58,412 nt of DNA from a virus (IMGVR_UViG_3300042934_000302:1-58412), one strand, 5' to 3'; shown: positions 35,610 to 46,325, numbered from the stretch's first letter. The notes: generated by a model from the letters alone, not told the origin. Made by a program: numbers and translations.

Positions 35610-37661
35610 ATCGCCTTCGATTTGACGGCCGTCCTTCGTTTGACTGATGCCAACTTTACTTCGGGGATGCGATCAGCTCAACGCCAAACTGGGCTATTTA
35701 AAAGTAGTATCGGTGAAACAGTTAAACAGCTCGGTATCTTAACATCCGCTGGTGCAGTCGTTGCTGGCGGTTTTTCTGCGGTCAAGAAGTCGATGGACTT
35801 CGAATCCGAAATGAGCACGATTAAGGCGTTAACTGGCGCTACTGGCGGACAGATGAAACAGATGACGAACCTTGCGTTACAGATGGGAGCGAAAACGAAA
35901 TACAACGCCTTAGAAGCGGCGCAAGGAATAGAAGAACTGCTAAAAAGCGGCATGCAACCGGCAACCGTACAAGCTGGCGGGCTTGAATCAGCACTGAATA
36001 TGGCAACGGCAGGAGGTATGAGCCTTGCGGATTCAGCATCACTTATGTCCAATTCGTTGAACTCGTTCAAAGGAACGGGATTAACTGCGGCTGCTGTGGC
36101 AAATACATTAGCCGGAGCGGCAAACGCGTCATCTGCGGATATGGTTGACCTCAAGTATGGTCTTGCAGCTGTTGGCCCTGTTGCTTCCGGTGTGAAAATG
36201 TCATTACGTGATACTACCGCAGCACTGGCTCTTTTCTCGAATAACAACTTGCAAGGACAAGACGCTGGTACATCGTTTAAGACGATGCTTATGAATTTGT
36301 CCCCACAGACGAAAAAAGCGGCTGCGTTGATGAAGGATTTGGGCATTATCACGAAAAACGGTACTGACCAATTCTTTGATGCTAAAGGTAAGGTTAAAGG
36401 TTTGGCTGATGTTGCCGAGGTTTTACGTCAATCCCTTAAAAATCTGAATCCGAAAGAGCAAGGCGATGCGATCAAGCAAATGTTCGGTAGCGATGCTATT
36501 CGGGCAGGTCGTATTTTGCTATCTGAGGGCGCGGACGGGGTTAAAAAAATGTACGGTGAAATGTCGAAGGTCACCGCGCTAGACGTAGCCAAGCAAAAAA
36601 TGAATAATGCAAAGGGTGCGGTTGAGCAATTTAAGGGCGCAATGGAAACGTTGCAGATATCCGCACTCATGCCGACGTTGCCCGTAATTAAACAAGTAGC
36701 AACGGAAATGGCAAACTGGGTATCGAATTTGAAGCCTGGTCAGATACAATCGTTTGGGGATACGGTTAAGAACATATTGTTGACAATTGTTAACCTTGTA
36801 AAATCAGTAGTATCACATTGGAATATGATATCAGGCGTACTTATTGGTGCGGCAGTAGCGGTTGGTGTTTTTAAAACAGCAATGGTTGGTCTATCGATTG
36901 TTGGTGCAGTAATCAAGTTAATGAATGCGTGGCGTACTGCAACAATGGCGGCAACACTGGCCGAAATGGGATTGAACGCGGCAATGTGGGCAAACCCGAT
37001 TACGTGGATTGTGGCAGCTATTGCAGTGTTAATCGGGATCATCGTTGTACTCGTATTACGGTGGCACCAAGTAACATCAGCGCTTGCCTACGCATGGAAT
37101 CATTTCAAAAAAACGCGTAACATAATTCTCATATTGCTCGGCCCAATCGGTTTAATAATTGCGGCTGCCGTATCTTTGGCATCACATTGGAAAACGGTAA
37201 GTGCAGTATGGTCAACGGTGTGGAACGGAATTAAGACGAAGGCTGCATCATCGATCAATTCAGTTATTGGCGGAATTAATAAGATGATTGGTGTCATCAA
37301 TCGTATACCAGGAGTTAATATACCGATCATTCCGAAAGTAAACTGGGGCAGTTCCGGAAGTAAGGCAAAAGGCGGATCACCTATGTCTATGTCGCAGCAC
37401 GTGCAAATGGTTAAGTATGCGCATAGTCATGCCGGCGGACTATCGAACGTACCATATGATCAGTACGCCGCGTCACTGCATAAGGGCGAACGTGTGCTTA
37501 CACGAAGTGAGAACGAAGCATATACGCGTGGTAATGGCCGGAACACGTACCAATTCGGAGATATCATAATTCAGGGCGGGCCAACGGATAAAGTTACGGT
37601 CATTCGATTAATGGACGCGATCGCTAACGAAATCGAAGCAGCAGGAAACGGGGGAGCGTAA
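35610..37661 (+). CDS. Tape measure protein (TP901-like core); probable ATC start at 35610
   Basis: DFESEMSTIKALTGA, AGTSFKTML, ANPI repeats; AAAGGAGG RBS upstream of ATC GCC TTC GAT. Confidence 0.92.
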   Translation: MAFDLTAVLRLTDANFTSGMRSAQRQTGLFKSSIGETVKQLGILTSAGAVVAGGFSAVKKSMDFESEMSTIKALTGATGGQMKQMTNLALQMGAKTKYNALEAAQGIEELLKSGMQPATVQAGGLESALNMATAGGMSLADSASLMSNSLNSFKGTGLTAAAVANTLAGAANASSADMVDLKYGLAAVGPVASGVKMSLRDTTAALALFSNNNLQGQDAGTSFKTMLMNLSPQTKKAAALMKDLGIITKNGTDQFFDAKGKVKGLADVAEVLRQSLKNLNPKEQGDAIKQMFGSDAIRAGRILLSEGADGVKKMYGEMSKVTALDVAKQKMNNAKGAVEQFKGAMETLQISALMPTLPVIKQVATEMANWVSNLKPGQIQSFGDTVKNILLTIVNLVKSVVSHWNMISGVLIGAAVAVGVFKTAMVGLSIVGAVIKLMNAWRTATMAATLAEMGLNAAMWANPITWIVAAIAVLIGIIVVLVLRWHQVTSALAYAWNHFKKTRNIILILLGPIGLIIAAAVSLASHWKTVSAVWSTVWNGIKTKAASSINSVIGGINKMIGVINRIPGVNIPIIPKVNWGSSGSKAKGGSPMSMSQHVQMVKYAHSHAGGLSNVPYDQYAASLHKGERVLTRSENEAYTRGNGRNTYQFGDIIIQGGPTDKVTVIRLMDAIANEIEAAGNGGA

Positions 37662-38309
37662 ATGGCGATTGAATTTTGGCTAATTAACGGCAGTACGCGT
37701 TTACGCCTACCCGTTAACCCACCGTCATTGAAATATACATCACCGTTTGGGTACGAAGAAGTTACGGTTGCTGGGCTTGGCGAAACATCAAATATTGGCT
37801 ATCGCGGGCAAAAGGAGTTTACAATTGAGACGTTTTGGCCAAAAAAGTATAATCCTATTTATTGTAGTTATTCGGGGTTTATTTCGCCAAACACGTTTGT
37901 ATCTAAAATGGAATCGTGGCGTAATGCGCGTAAGCCAATTCGTTTCCTTGTAACAGGAATCGGAGGAGCTAACTGCAAAGTTACTATCCGTGATTTTACG
38001 ATTGATGCAGAAAAGTTCGGAAGTCCTGGCGATATTTACTTTTCACTTACGTTGAAGGAATACCGCGAGATTAAGATTAAGCACGTTACGATTTCATCGC
38101 CGAAAAAGAAAGCAAAATCACGGCCAGCTGCGGCTAAAAAATCTAAGTCGAAAACATACACGGTGAAGAAAGGCGATTGCTTGTGGAAGATTGCAAAACG
38201 ATATTACGGGAGTGGATCACAGTGGCGAAAGATTTATAACGCGAACAAGTCGAAAATTAAGGATCCACACTGGATTTACCCTGGTCAGAAGTTTGTGATT
38301 CCATCATGA
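37662..38309 (+). CDS. XkdP-like tail tube initiator with LysM domain
   Basis: LPVNP, GDIYFSLTLKEYR, YTVKKGDCLWKIAK...IYPGQ. Confidence 0.9.
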   Translation: MAIEFWLINGSTRLRLPVNPPSLKYTSPFGYEEVTVAGLGETSNIGYRGQKEFTIETFWPKKYNPIYCSYSGFISPNTFVSKMESWRNARKPIRFLVTGIGGANCKVTIRDFTIDAEKFGSPGDIYFSLTLKEYREIKIKHVTISSPKKKAKSRPAAAKKSKSKTYTVKKGDCLWKIAKRYYGSGSQWRKIYNANKSKIKDPHWIYPGQKFVIPS

Positions 38310-39751
38310 GTATATCAGTCGCATACTATTCAGACAGCAACATCTATTATATAACAGAGTTAGTAACGTCGGTTAAATGGTCCGGTGATACGACGCAAGC
38401 ACAGCGAGACTGCGAAATTGATCTAGCGAATACGAAAAATGGGACGACTAAAGCAATTAGCTTTACGTTAGGCAAAGAGATACGATTTTATGACAGTGGC
38501 ACCGAGGTTTTTCGCGGGGTCATTTTTAACGTTGATATAAAAGACACTGGCGACACTTCCGTTACAGCACACGACTACAACTATTATCTGACGCGGAATA
38601 CGGATTCGCTAAAGTTTACGAAAATGAAGGCGTCGCAAATCGTTAAATCGATCTGCAAGCGATTCGGCATCGATTATGGGGTAGTTGATGATACCGGATA
38701 TGTATTTTCAAAGCTGATTTTTCGGGACAAGACAATTTACGATATGATCGTGACCGCGCTCACTGAGACGAAGAAAAAGAATGGGCGCACGTTTATTATC
38801 GGCAATGAAAAAGGTAAGCTTACGTTGCGCGAGCGTAAGAACCAAGTCAAGCAGCTCGTAATTAGCGATGGGTCGAATTTAACAAGCGCAAGTTATTCGA
38901 AGTCTATCGATGACCTGCGAAACTCAGTACGCATTACAGGCAAATCCGGCCCAGATAAAGCGGGCGTTACCGTTAGCGATTCTGATAACATTAAGAAATA
39001 CGGATTGATGCGCGAAAAGAAGGACGAATCCAACAACACGGACGAAAAAAATAAATCCGTTGCGGACGCGCTACTCAAAGAGCTGAACAAGGTAAAAACG
39101 GAATCCAACGTTGATGCTATCGGTGATTCGTCGATCATCGCGGGTAAACAGGTGCAAGTAAGCGAATCCATGACGGGAATAAGCGGTGGCTTTTACGTGC
39201 TGACTGATTCACATACGTATACCCCGACGAGCCATACGATGTCGCTTAAAGTTTCGAAAACACTTGAACTTAACGAAATTGAGTATGAGCCACCGGATAC
39301 CACGTCTACTTCGAGCAGCAGTAAGTCAACGACATCTGTTGCGAAGGACAACGGTGGCATATTTATGAAGCCGGTAAACGCGCCGGTATCTAGCCCATTC
39401 GGTCGTCGCAACGGGAAGATGCATCCAGGCATTGATTACGCGAAGTCGGGTACAGTGCCAATTTCTGCGGCTGCATCGGGTAAGGTTGCCCGTTCGTATC
39501 GATCGAGCAGTTACGGCGAATGTATCATTATTCATCACGTGATTAAGGGTAAAACGTACGAAACGCTCTACGCGCACATGCGGTCAGGTTCGCGAAAGTA
39601 TCACAATGGACAAACAGTTAAGCGTGGCGCGGTGATCGGGTATATGGGCAGCACCGGCGATTCTACCGGCCAGCACTTACATTTCGAAATTAATATTCCG
39701 GTATGGAACCCATCGCATTCGAACGCAGTTAATCCAGCTAAATATGTATAG
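38306..39751 (+). CDS. XkdQ-like baseplate hub fused to an M23 peptidase
   Basis: XkdQ-like N-terminal region; HPGID and HLHFEI zinc motifs. Confidence 0.88.
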   Translation: MSISVAYYSDSNIYYITELVTSVKWSGDTTQAQRDCEIDLANTKNGTTKAISFTLGKEIRFYDSGTEVFRGVIFNVDIKDTGDTSVTAHDYNYYLTRNTDSLKFTKMKASQIVKSICKRFGIDYGVVDDTGYVFSKLIFRDKTIYDMIVTALTETKKKNGRTFIIGNEKGKLTLRERKNQVKQLVISDGSNLTSASYSKSIDDLRNSVRITGKSGPDKAGVTVSDSDNIKKYGLMREKKDESNNTDEKNKSVADALLKELNKVKTESNVDAIGDSSIIAGKQVQVSESMTGISGGFYVLTDSHTYTPTSHTMSLKVSKTLELNEIEYEPPDTTSTSSSSKSTTSVAKDNGGIFMKPVNAPVSSPFGRRNGKMHPGIDYAKSGTVPISAAASGKVARSYRSSSYGECIIIHHVIKGKTYETLYAHMRSGSRKYHNGQTVKRGAVIGYMGSTGDSTGQHLHFEINIPVWNPSHSNAVNPAKYV

Positions 39752-39762
39752 GAGGTGGCAAC

Positions 39763-40044
39763 GTGGACAAACGATTAAAGGTTGAAGGTAGCGGTGCATC
39801 ACGCATGGTTCAGCTGATGCGTAAACACGGCTATAACAAGGACGTTGATATCGAAATCGGAACGGTCACTGCGCCACTTCCAAATATCGAAGTTACGTTG
39901 AATGACGGTATCGCACTCGATAAGGACGATCTTATCATCACTTACGCGGCGTCGCAATCGGGTATCGCAGTCGATGACGAAGTAGTCATAATTGGCAACG
40001 AGGAATCGCAATTCTACGTCTTAATCGATAAGGTGGCGAACTAA
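39763..40044 (+). CDS. XkdR/DUF2577-like baseplate protein
   Basis: IGTVTAPLPNI...FYVLIDKV; synteny. Confidence 0.75.
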   Translation: MDKRLKVEGSGASRMVQLMRKHGYNKDVDIEIGTVTAPLPNIEVTLNDGIALDKDDLIITYAASQSGIAVDDEVVIIGNEESQFYVLIDKVAN

Positions 40045-40485
40045 ATGGCGCTAACCCCCGATAATAATACGGAATTGCTCGATCAAGTCGATGAAGAAAC
40101 TGCGGATGACAGTACGGCCGATCTAGAACCATCGTTAACTTACGAGTTAAATTTCTATGATGGAACGATTGGCGATCTAATTGACGGTACAGACGCGCTA
40201 AAGCAATTTATTTACAAGGCGATCATCACCGCGCGATCACGTTACCTTATTTATACGGATGACTACGGGTGCGAGCTCGAAGATTTACTCGGCGGAACGT
40301 TGACCCCATCGCTACTCGAAACCGAAGTAGAGCGTATGGTGACGGAAGCACTAATTTATGACGATCGCATCGATGATGTAACGGATATCGAATCAACGCA
40401 AGTCGGCGATACGTTAACGATATCATTTACGGTCGTTCCCGTAACGGAAGCACCGTTTGAAATGGAGGTGAACGTAGATGTATGA
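40045..40485 (+). CDS. XkdS/DUF2634-like baseplate protein
   Basis: ALKQFIYKAI.T.R..Y.IY..DYG.E, EALIYDDRI. Confidence 0.85.
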   Translation: MALTPDNNTELLDQVDEETADDSTADLEPSLTYELNFYDGTIGDLIDGTDALKQFIYKAIITARSRYLIYTDDYGCELEDLLGGTLTPSLLETEVERMVTEALIYDDRIDDVTDIESTQVGDTLTISFTVVPVTEAPFEMEVNVDV

Positions 40486-41530
40486 GAGTGAGACTGCCGA
40501 AGTGATTTTGGCGCGAATGCTCGAACGATTATCTGATACGCTTGATAAGCGTGAAGGGTCGGTGTTATCCGATATTCTATCGCCAGCTGCGATTGAACTC
40601 GAACAGGCTTACGCCGAAATGGACAACGTATTTAATCTCGGATTTGTCGACACAACGTATGGTGAGTATCTTGACCGTCGTTGCGCAGAGCAAGGGTTGA
40701 CGCGTAAACCAGCGGTTGCAGCAGTTGGTACCGTTACAATCACCGCGCAAGCAGGTACAGTAATTCCGCAAGGTACGCGACTATCAACGACTGACGATAC
40801 TCCGATTTATTTCGATACAACCGTTGATGCAACGGTAACAGACAGCACCGTTGATGTTGCGATTGCCGCCGAGATTAGCGGGGTTAGCGGAAATATCGAT
40901 GCAGGAACGATCACAGCAGTAGTGGGCGACATGGCGAGTATCATTACAGTTAATAACGCGGAAGCAACGACTGGCGGTATTGACGAAGAAACCGACGAGT
41001 CATTACTAGCACGATATCAGGAGAAAGTAAGCCGGCCGATTACGTCGGGAAATAAATATCAATACGAATCATGGGCGAAGTCGGTCGCCGGTATCTCGGA
41101 CGCGTTATGTTACCCGTTATGGAACGGCCCTGGAACGGTAAAAGTCGTTGTTATCGACGATAATAAACGATGCCCAGCGCAGTCAGTAATCGACGCGGTA
41201 TCGGCTTACATCGAGGACAATCGACCGGTTGGCGCAAGTGTTACGGTAGTTGGCGTAACCGAACGATCTATCGACGTGAGCGCAACATTGACGCTAACCG
41301 ATGGAGCTGTGTTAGATGATGTAAAAACGGCAATTATCGCGAGCATAACGGTATACTTCGAGAGTATTGCGTTTGTTGATCAAACAGTGCGCTACTCGAA
41401 GATCGCGAATGCTATTCTTGATACCGACGGTGTTATCGATTACGCGAATATGCAAGTAAGCGGGCAAACGGGGAACATCGTACTGAACACAGACGAAGTG
41501 CCGGTAATTGGCGCGGTACTCGTTGCATAA
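40478..41530 (+). CDS. Baseplate J/XkdT-like protein
   Basis: DKREGS, GEYLD, GGIDEETDESL, SGN, PLWNGPGTVKV. Confidence 0.92.
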   Translation: MYESETAEVILARMLERLSDTLDKREGSVLSDILSPAAIELEQAYAEMDNVFNLGFVDTTYGEYLDRRCAEQGLTRKPAVAAVGTVTITAQAGTVIPQGTRLSTTDDTPIYFDTTVDATVTDSTVDVAIAAEISGVSGNIDAGTITAVVGDMASIITVNNAEATTGGIDEETDESLLARYQEKVSRPITSGNKYQYESWAKSVAGISDALCYPLWNGPGTVKVVVIDDNKRCPAQSVIDAVSAYIEDNRPVGASVTVVGVTERSIDVSATLTLTDGAVLDDVKTAIIASITVYFESIAFVDQTVRYSKIANAILDTDGVIDYANMQVSGQTGNIVLNTDEVPVIGAVLVA

Positions 41531-41553
41531 CTAAACGAAACGGAGACGATTAA

Positions 41554-41946
41554 ATGGCTTACGCATTCAGCGATTATTTGGAAAACGCATTACTAAACGC
41601 CACATTACGAGGGGTTGCGTACATAGCGCCATCAACCGTATATGTGGCGTTATTTACGAGTGACCCAACGGACACAGGAACGGGCGGTACCGAAGTCACA
41701 GGCGGAGCATACGCGCGGCAAGCGATCACGTTTAACGCGCCAACCGCTGGGTCAGCGAGTAACTCAGCTGACGTATTATTTCCGATTGCTACTGCGGCGT
41801 GGGGAACGATTACCCACCTGGCATTCTTCGACGCGGCTACAGCAGGTAATATGCTATACAGCGGCCAGCTGACGACTGCGAAAACGATTGCGACCGATGA
41901 TCAACTAAAATTAGCGGCAGGCAACGTAACTGTGACGCTCGACTAA
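41554..41946 (+). CDS. Small tail/baseplate structural protein
   Basis: SDYLENALLN...YVALFT.DP...GGAYARQ...WGTITH common virion domain. Confidence 0.75.
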   Translation: MAYAFSDYLENALLNATLRGVAYIAPSTVYVALFTSDPTDTGTGGTEVTGGAYARQAITFNAPTAGSASNSADVLFPIATAAWGTITHLAFFDAATAGNMLYSGQLTTAKTIATDDQLKLAAGNVTVTLD

Positions 41947-41959
41947 GGAGTGATCACGT

Positions 41960-42895
41960 ATGGCAATCGTAACAGCTGATGCGATGAACATATCGTCTAT
42001 TGCATCGATAACATCGAGGGTCACCGCGATAACGAAATCAAGCGCAACTACGTTAGCACACGCAGTAAAAACGGGGCGCGCTTATCGCGTAGCACAGCAT
42101 ACATCAACGGTAGCGAACGGCCATGCTTCGGCAGCTTTGCGTGCTGTACGTATGCAAAAGGTAAGTATTGCGTCAACATCGCAGGCAACCGTATCTGGAC
42201 GATCATACAGGATAGAAACAGTTTGGTCATCACCATCAGCGTATGCAACATCGATAGTTAACGCGTGGAAATACAAAACGGCGCGGAGCGATATTGCTGC
42301 ATCGGGTACCCTCGAAGCATACCAAACTGACCGCGATATCGCACAGGATGTTGTCGACTACCTTCCGCAATACTACGAAAAGTTTCTCGCAGTTATGGAT
42401 TCGGCGCGTACGGAAGGTAATGAAAGCACACGTATGCAAGCGAAGTTACGCGAGTTGCTCGATCAGTTTTTTACGTTGACCGCGACAATTTCGCTTGACC
42501 GATGGGAATCGTTGACTGGAATCGAACATTTACCGCAACGATCGGTAATATCAACGCAACATTACGTAACCAGTAAAATTGCGGGAACAGGCACAGTTAA
42601 TCTCGCGCTGTTAAATGATATAGTCAATACGTTTTACGGGATTGAGTCGACAGAACTAGCAACGGAAAATATCATGCATTTCAAGTTCGTTGGTCAGCGT
42701 GGGGTACCGAAGAATCTCGAAGATATTGAAGATGCGGTGAATGACGTGATACCGGCACATATCGCAGCTGAGTACGAGTTTACGTATTTACCGTGGGATG
42801 AATTGGGGGCGTCGGATATGCAGTGGCAGGATGCAGATACGTATACGTGGGACGGAATTGAACAAGTATTTCTCGGCGAAGGGGAGTTTGTATAA
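41960..42895 (+). CDS. XkdU/DUF2313-like baseplate protein with Ala/Ser/Thr-rich N-terminal extension
   Basis: YLPQYY, DQFF..TAT..L..WE, IPAH motifs. Confidence 0.75.
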   Translation: MAIVTADAMNISSIASITSRVTAITKSSATTLAHAVKTGRAYRVAQHTSTVANGHASAALRAVRMQKVSIASTSQATVSGRSYRIETVWSSPSAYATSIVNAWKYKTARSDIAASGTLEAYQTDRDIAQDVVDYLPQYYEKFLAVMDSARTEGNESTRMQAKLRELLDQFFTLTATISLDRWESLTGIEHLPQRSVISTQHYVTSKIAGTGTVNLALLNDIVNTFYGIESTELATENIMHFKFVGQRGVPKNLEDIEDAVNDVIPAHIAAEYEFTYLPWDELGASDMQWQDADTYTWDGIEQVFLGEGEFV

Positions 42896-44044
42896 ATGAG
42901 TAGCGGAACAACGGAAAATCTCGGATTGCACACGTGGGAACCGACTGATTATGTAAAAAGAGACGAGTTTAACGATAACTTCGATAAAATAGATCAAGTT
43001 GCAGGCGATCATGCTGCGCAGTTGGCGGAAGAGACACAACAACGATTGAATCAAATAAATGAAGTGATATATGTCAAAAAAAACAAACCTCAGTATAGGG
43101 GTGTAGCATATGGACTCTTGGAAGGAAATACAGACGTTGACACTATGCTTGCGAATGTTAAAAGCTGGGACTGTCAAATTGAATTGGTTGTTTTTGTTAG
43201 TGTTTCCGATATTAATTCAACATCTTTTGCAACGTTATCTGCCGCTAAAATGGATGAATTTTTTCAAAAGGCAAATACAGCAGGAATAACCATTTCCTTT
43301 ATGGCGATTCATTTAGTTAAAAATTTTGACGATGGAGCAAATGGAAATAAGCAAACGATTAAACCATTGCCAGGTAATGAAAGTACATGGTTTACAAACT
43401 ACGAGCAGGCAGTTCGCTTTTATATGGAATATGCAAAGAACAATGGGGTAGATCATTTTTCTATCGCAAATGAAAATTTGTCAGTATCGACAGATCCAGC
43501 CTTACTTTCTTATTGGATTGCAATGATTAACAGTTTAAAATCAACATATCCAACAATCCAATTATCTTATAACAATAGCGATCCTGAACAGGCAATTTTT
43601 ATTGCTACTCAAAAAGCTGAGAGTGACAATTTACTGAATCATTTGGATTTCATTAGCATGAACGTCTATCCACGTTTAAGTGAAAACACTCTCTACACAG
43701 CCGGAGATGAAAGTTTAAATAAAATGTTAAAGTCCGTATCTTTATTATCTATTAGAGATACGATACACGCCCTGTCAGCATTATATGATAAAGAAATATT
43801 TATTAGCGAAACTGGCTGTATGGGGTTAGACAATTCTCTTTATGAGCCTATTTATTTGAACCAAGGTTCTGACCCAAAACCGACCAATAATTTAGTTCAA
43901 GGATATTATTATAATGGAATTTTTAATAGCTTGGCTTTAATTGATGCTGTTAAAGGGTTGTTCATTTGGAACTATAGTCCTCCATTCGATTTTATTGGAA
44001 AAACTGCTGAAACCATTTTTGAAGATTATATGAAAGGAGAATAA
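42896..44044 (+). CDS. Tail fibre/receptor-binding protein with clan GH-A-like TIM-barrel glycoside hydrolase domain
   Basis: Anchor TENLGLHTW...FNDNFDKID; candidate catalytic IANEN and FISETG; DFISMNVYP. Confidence 0.7.
   Translation: MSSGTTENLGLHTWEPTDYVKRDEFNDNFDKIDQVAGDHAAQLAEETQQRLNQINEVIYVKKNKPQYRGVAYGLLEGNTDVDTMLANVKSWDCQIELVVFVSVSDINSTSFATLSAAKMDEFFQKANTAGITISFMAIHLVKNFDDGANGNKQTIKPLPGNESTWFTNYEQAVRFYMEYAKNNGVDHFSIANENLSVSTDPALLSYWIAMINSLKSTYPTIQLSYNNSDPEQAIFIATQKAESDNLLNHLDFISMNVYPRLSENTLYTAGDESLNKMLKSVSLLSIRDTIHALSALYDKEIFISETGCMGLDNSLYEPIYLNQGSDPKPTNNLVQGYYYNGIFNSLALIDAVKGLFIWNYSPPFDFIGKTAETIFEDYMKGE
43013..43039 (+). repeat. Degenerate cassette junction site (entry), in frame inside the tail fibre gene, GCTGCGCAG-TTGGCGGAA-GAGACACAA
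   Basis: Left half matches the other entry sites; the sequence turns AT-rich immediately after it. Confidence 0.45.
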
Positions 44045-44046
44045 AC

Positions 44047-44988
44047 ATGGCTATTCTTCCTTATGGCTCAACTGTCGCAGGTGAAAAAATTATAACTGAA
44101 CAAGAATTAAATAAAAACACATATATCTCTCCTTTAAAAACCACTTCAGACAGTTGGAATGCCTTTGCTATTATACCTGGGAATGCATTTAACACTAATA
44201 ATAACGCTACAATTAATGTTCGTTTTTCGGTTAAAGGAAAACCCATGTTAGAAAACCAAATTGATCTTATATTAGATTACTATGCGGTTAAAGTAGATGG
44301 CATAAAAACAGAAAAACTTACAGTTCAATCATTCGGATATAATCCTTACATTGATTATGATATTGTATCTAGATGGATTGATGATGGAACAAATATTGGT
44401 TTTTATATAAATATAAGAAACACAAATGATGCTGTTATCGTAAAATGTGAACATTTTTTAATTTCTTTTTCGGGAGTAAGGGAAAGTTTAAAAACGGATA
44501 TTTATTGGGGAAAGTATAATGCATTAATAAGTGGCCCTATTTCCGGAATAGATATCCCAAAAGAAATAATTCGTTTAAATAGAACAAAAATGATTTATCA
44601 AGCAAATACTCAACCTCTAGTTGGGGGGGACACCGTAGATGCAAGTAATACCTTAACATGGGCACTTAAACAAAAAAGTCCTTCTTACATTCCTGATTTG
44701 ATCATACCAGCTAATAGTCTTTACAAATTAAGTGTATCCTTGTCTTTTTTAGGGGTAGGTCAGGAAGCATATACTAAAAACGTATATATTTCTATTAGAA
44801 TAAATGGCTCTACTCAACATAGTTGTGTCCATACTATTAACTCGACATCTACTGATCGGGACGTAAAAGATTTGACGTTGTTCAGAAATTTAGTTAAAGG
44901 TGACACGATACAAATAACCGTATCATTGAGACAACCTAGTGGTTTATCAATTGACACATTAAGTTTTTTAAAAATAGAGGAACAATAA
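44047..44988 (+). CDS. Hypothetical beta-rich tail-associated protein
   Basis: RBS aaaggag; AT-rich module. Confidence 0.7.
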   Translation: MAILPYGSTVAGEKIITEQELNKNTYISPLKTTSDSWNAFAIIPGNAFNTNNNATINVRFSVKGKPMLENQIDLILDYYAVKVDGIKTEKLTVQSFGYNPYIDYDIVSRWIDDGTNIGFYINIRNTNDAVIVKCEHFLISFSGVRESLKTDIYWGKYNALISGPISGIDIPKEIIRLNRTKMIYQANTQPLVGGDTVDASNTLTWALKQKSPSYIPDLIIPANSLYKLSVSLSFLGVGQEAYTKNVYISIRINGSTQHSCVHTINSTSTDRDVKDLTLFRNLVKGDTIQITVSLRQPSGLSIDTLSFLKIEEQ

Positions 44989-45008
44989 ACAGGAAAGGTA
45001 GTGAAATC

Positions 45009-45308
45009 ATGGCTCTTATCAAACAATATTCTAAAAACGTATATGGAGATGATGTGATCTTTGAAAATGCCTACTTTAAAATTTGCCAAGTTTCTGGAAG
45101 CAAGGAGAAAGTAGAAATGAATGTGTCTATTTTTAAAGATTCAAATAAAGAAATAGCAATAGAAAATAAGAGTTATGAATTTGTACCGTCTATTGAAAAA
45201 GATGCTTCTGAATGGATTAAGCAAGGATATGACTATATGAAAACACTGCCAGAGTTTATTGAAGCTATTGATGTTCCTGAAGATGGTAGCGCAGAAAATT
45301 ATGAATGA
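45009..45308 (+). CDS. Putative tail fibre chaperone
   Basis: AYFKI...KQGYDYMKTLPEF..A.D pattern common after fibre genes. Confidence 0.6.
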   Translation: MALIKQYSKNVYGDDVIFENAYFKICQVSGSKEKVEMNVSIFKDSNKEIAIENKSYEFVPSIEKDASEWIKQGYDYMKTLPEFIEAIDVPEDGSAENYE

Positions 45309-45378
45309 TTATTAAGGTTGCAATTATTGTTATGATATCTTTAGAAAAATGTGGTAAAATAGATAAAAAATTATTTTA

Positions 45379-46008
45379 GTGGGTGAAATTATCACGTTAA
45401 ACAAGATGAGAAAAATTCTAAAAATAAACTATATCAAAAGCCTACTATTAAGCAAAGCGCTGAATATTTTGGTCTTTCCAAAGGTAAATATTGGATTGTC
45501 AAAGAACGTAGAAATAATAAATAATGGTCATTTAAGATTGGGAGAAACATGGGAAAAGAATGGCTATTTGCCATCGATGTTTAAGATGGGGGATAATGCA
45601 ATATTGAAAGTAAATGGTAATTTTAATATTTTTTCAGGTTTCAAAGTGTCGATTAATGAGGGTGCAACTTTAGAAATTGGTGACGGTTATGCCAATTATA
45701 ATGTAAATATCGCATGTTTTGAAAAGATAAAGATAGGTAAAAATGTAATTATTTCTGAAAATGTAAGTATTAGAGACTCTGATAATCATAAAATGCTCTA
45801 TTCGGGATATGAAATGAGCAAGCCAATTATCATTGATAATCATGTATGGATAGGCATGAATGTAACTATATTAAAAGGTGTTCATATTGGAGACGGTGCT
45901 ATAATTGCTGCTGGCTCTGTGGTAACAAGAGATGTTCCTAAGCATTGCCTTTTTGGTGGTGTACCAGCTAGATTAATAAAGGAAAATGTGAGTTGGACAG
46001 AAAAGTAG
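45379..46008 (+). CDS. Hexapeptide-repeat (LbH) O-acyltransferase
   Basis: [46 protein letters not shown]. Confidence 0.92.
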   Translation: MGEIITLNKMRKILKINYIKSLLLSKALNILVFPKVNIGLSKNVEIINNGHLRLGETWEKNGYLPSMFKMGDNAILKVNGNFNIFSGFKVSINEGATLEIGDGYANYNVNIACFEKIKIGKNVIISENVSIRDSDNHKMLYSGYEMSKPIIIDNHVWIGMNVTILKGVHIGDGAIIAAGSVVTRDVPKHCLFGGVPARLIKENVSWTEK

Positions 46009-46023
46009 GACGCTACTGCGCAA
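45997..46023 (+). repeat. Cassette junction site (exit) ACAGAAAAG-TAGGACGCT-ACTGCGCAA
   Basis: Contains the acyltransferase stop; right 15 bp match the other exit sites; marks the end of the AT-rich block. Confidence 0.55.
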
Positions 46024-46041
46024 CAACTAAATAATTAACAT

Positions 46042-46066
46042 GAGTCACTAATGTGGCTCTTTTTTA
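46042..46066 (+). terminator. Intrinsic terminator
   Basis: gagtcac-taat-gtggctc-tttttt. Confidence 0.7.
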
Positions 46067-46088
46067 TTGCCGAAAAGGAGGTGTTCGC

Positions 46089-46325
46089 GTGGATGAATCG
46101 CAAGAAAAGTTAGAGGATCGCGTTGACAAAATCGAAGATGAGTTGAATACGTTAAAAACGCGTGTATCCGTTGTAGAAACTAACGTAAGCACGATACTCG
46201 CGCAGCTTGCCGATATTAAATCGAATACAACGTGGCTTTTACGTCTTGTACTCGGAATCATTATCGCGTCAATTCTTGCGTTAATATTCAAAGATTCCGG
46301 TGCGCTCGCGGCAATCATGCTGTAA
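46089..46325 (+). CDS. XhlA-like holin/haemolysin family protein
   Basis: Coiled coil plus IKSNTTWLLRLVLG TM segment; GTG after aaaggagg. Confidence 0.85.
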   Translation: MDESQEKLEDRVDKIEDELNTLKTRVSVVETNVSTILAQLADIKSNTTWLLRLVLGIIIASILALIFKDSGALAAIML

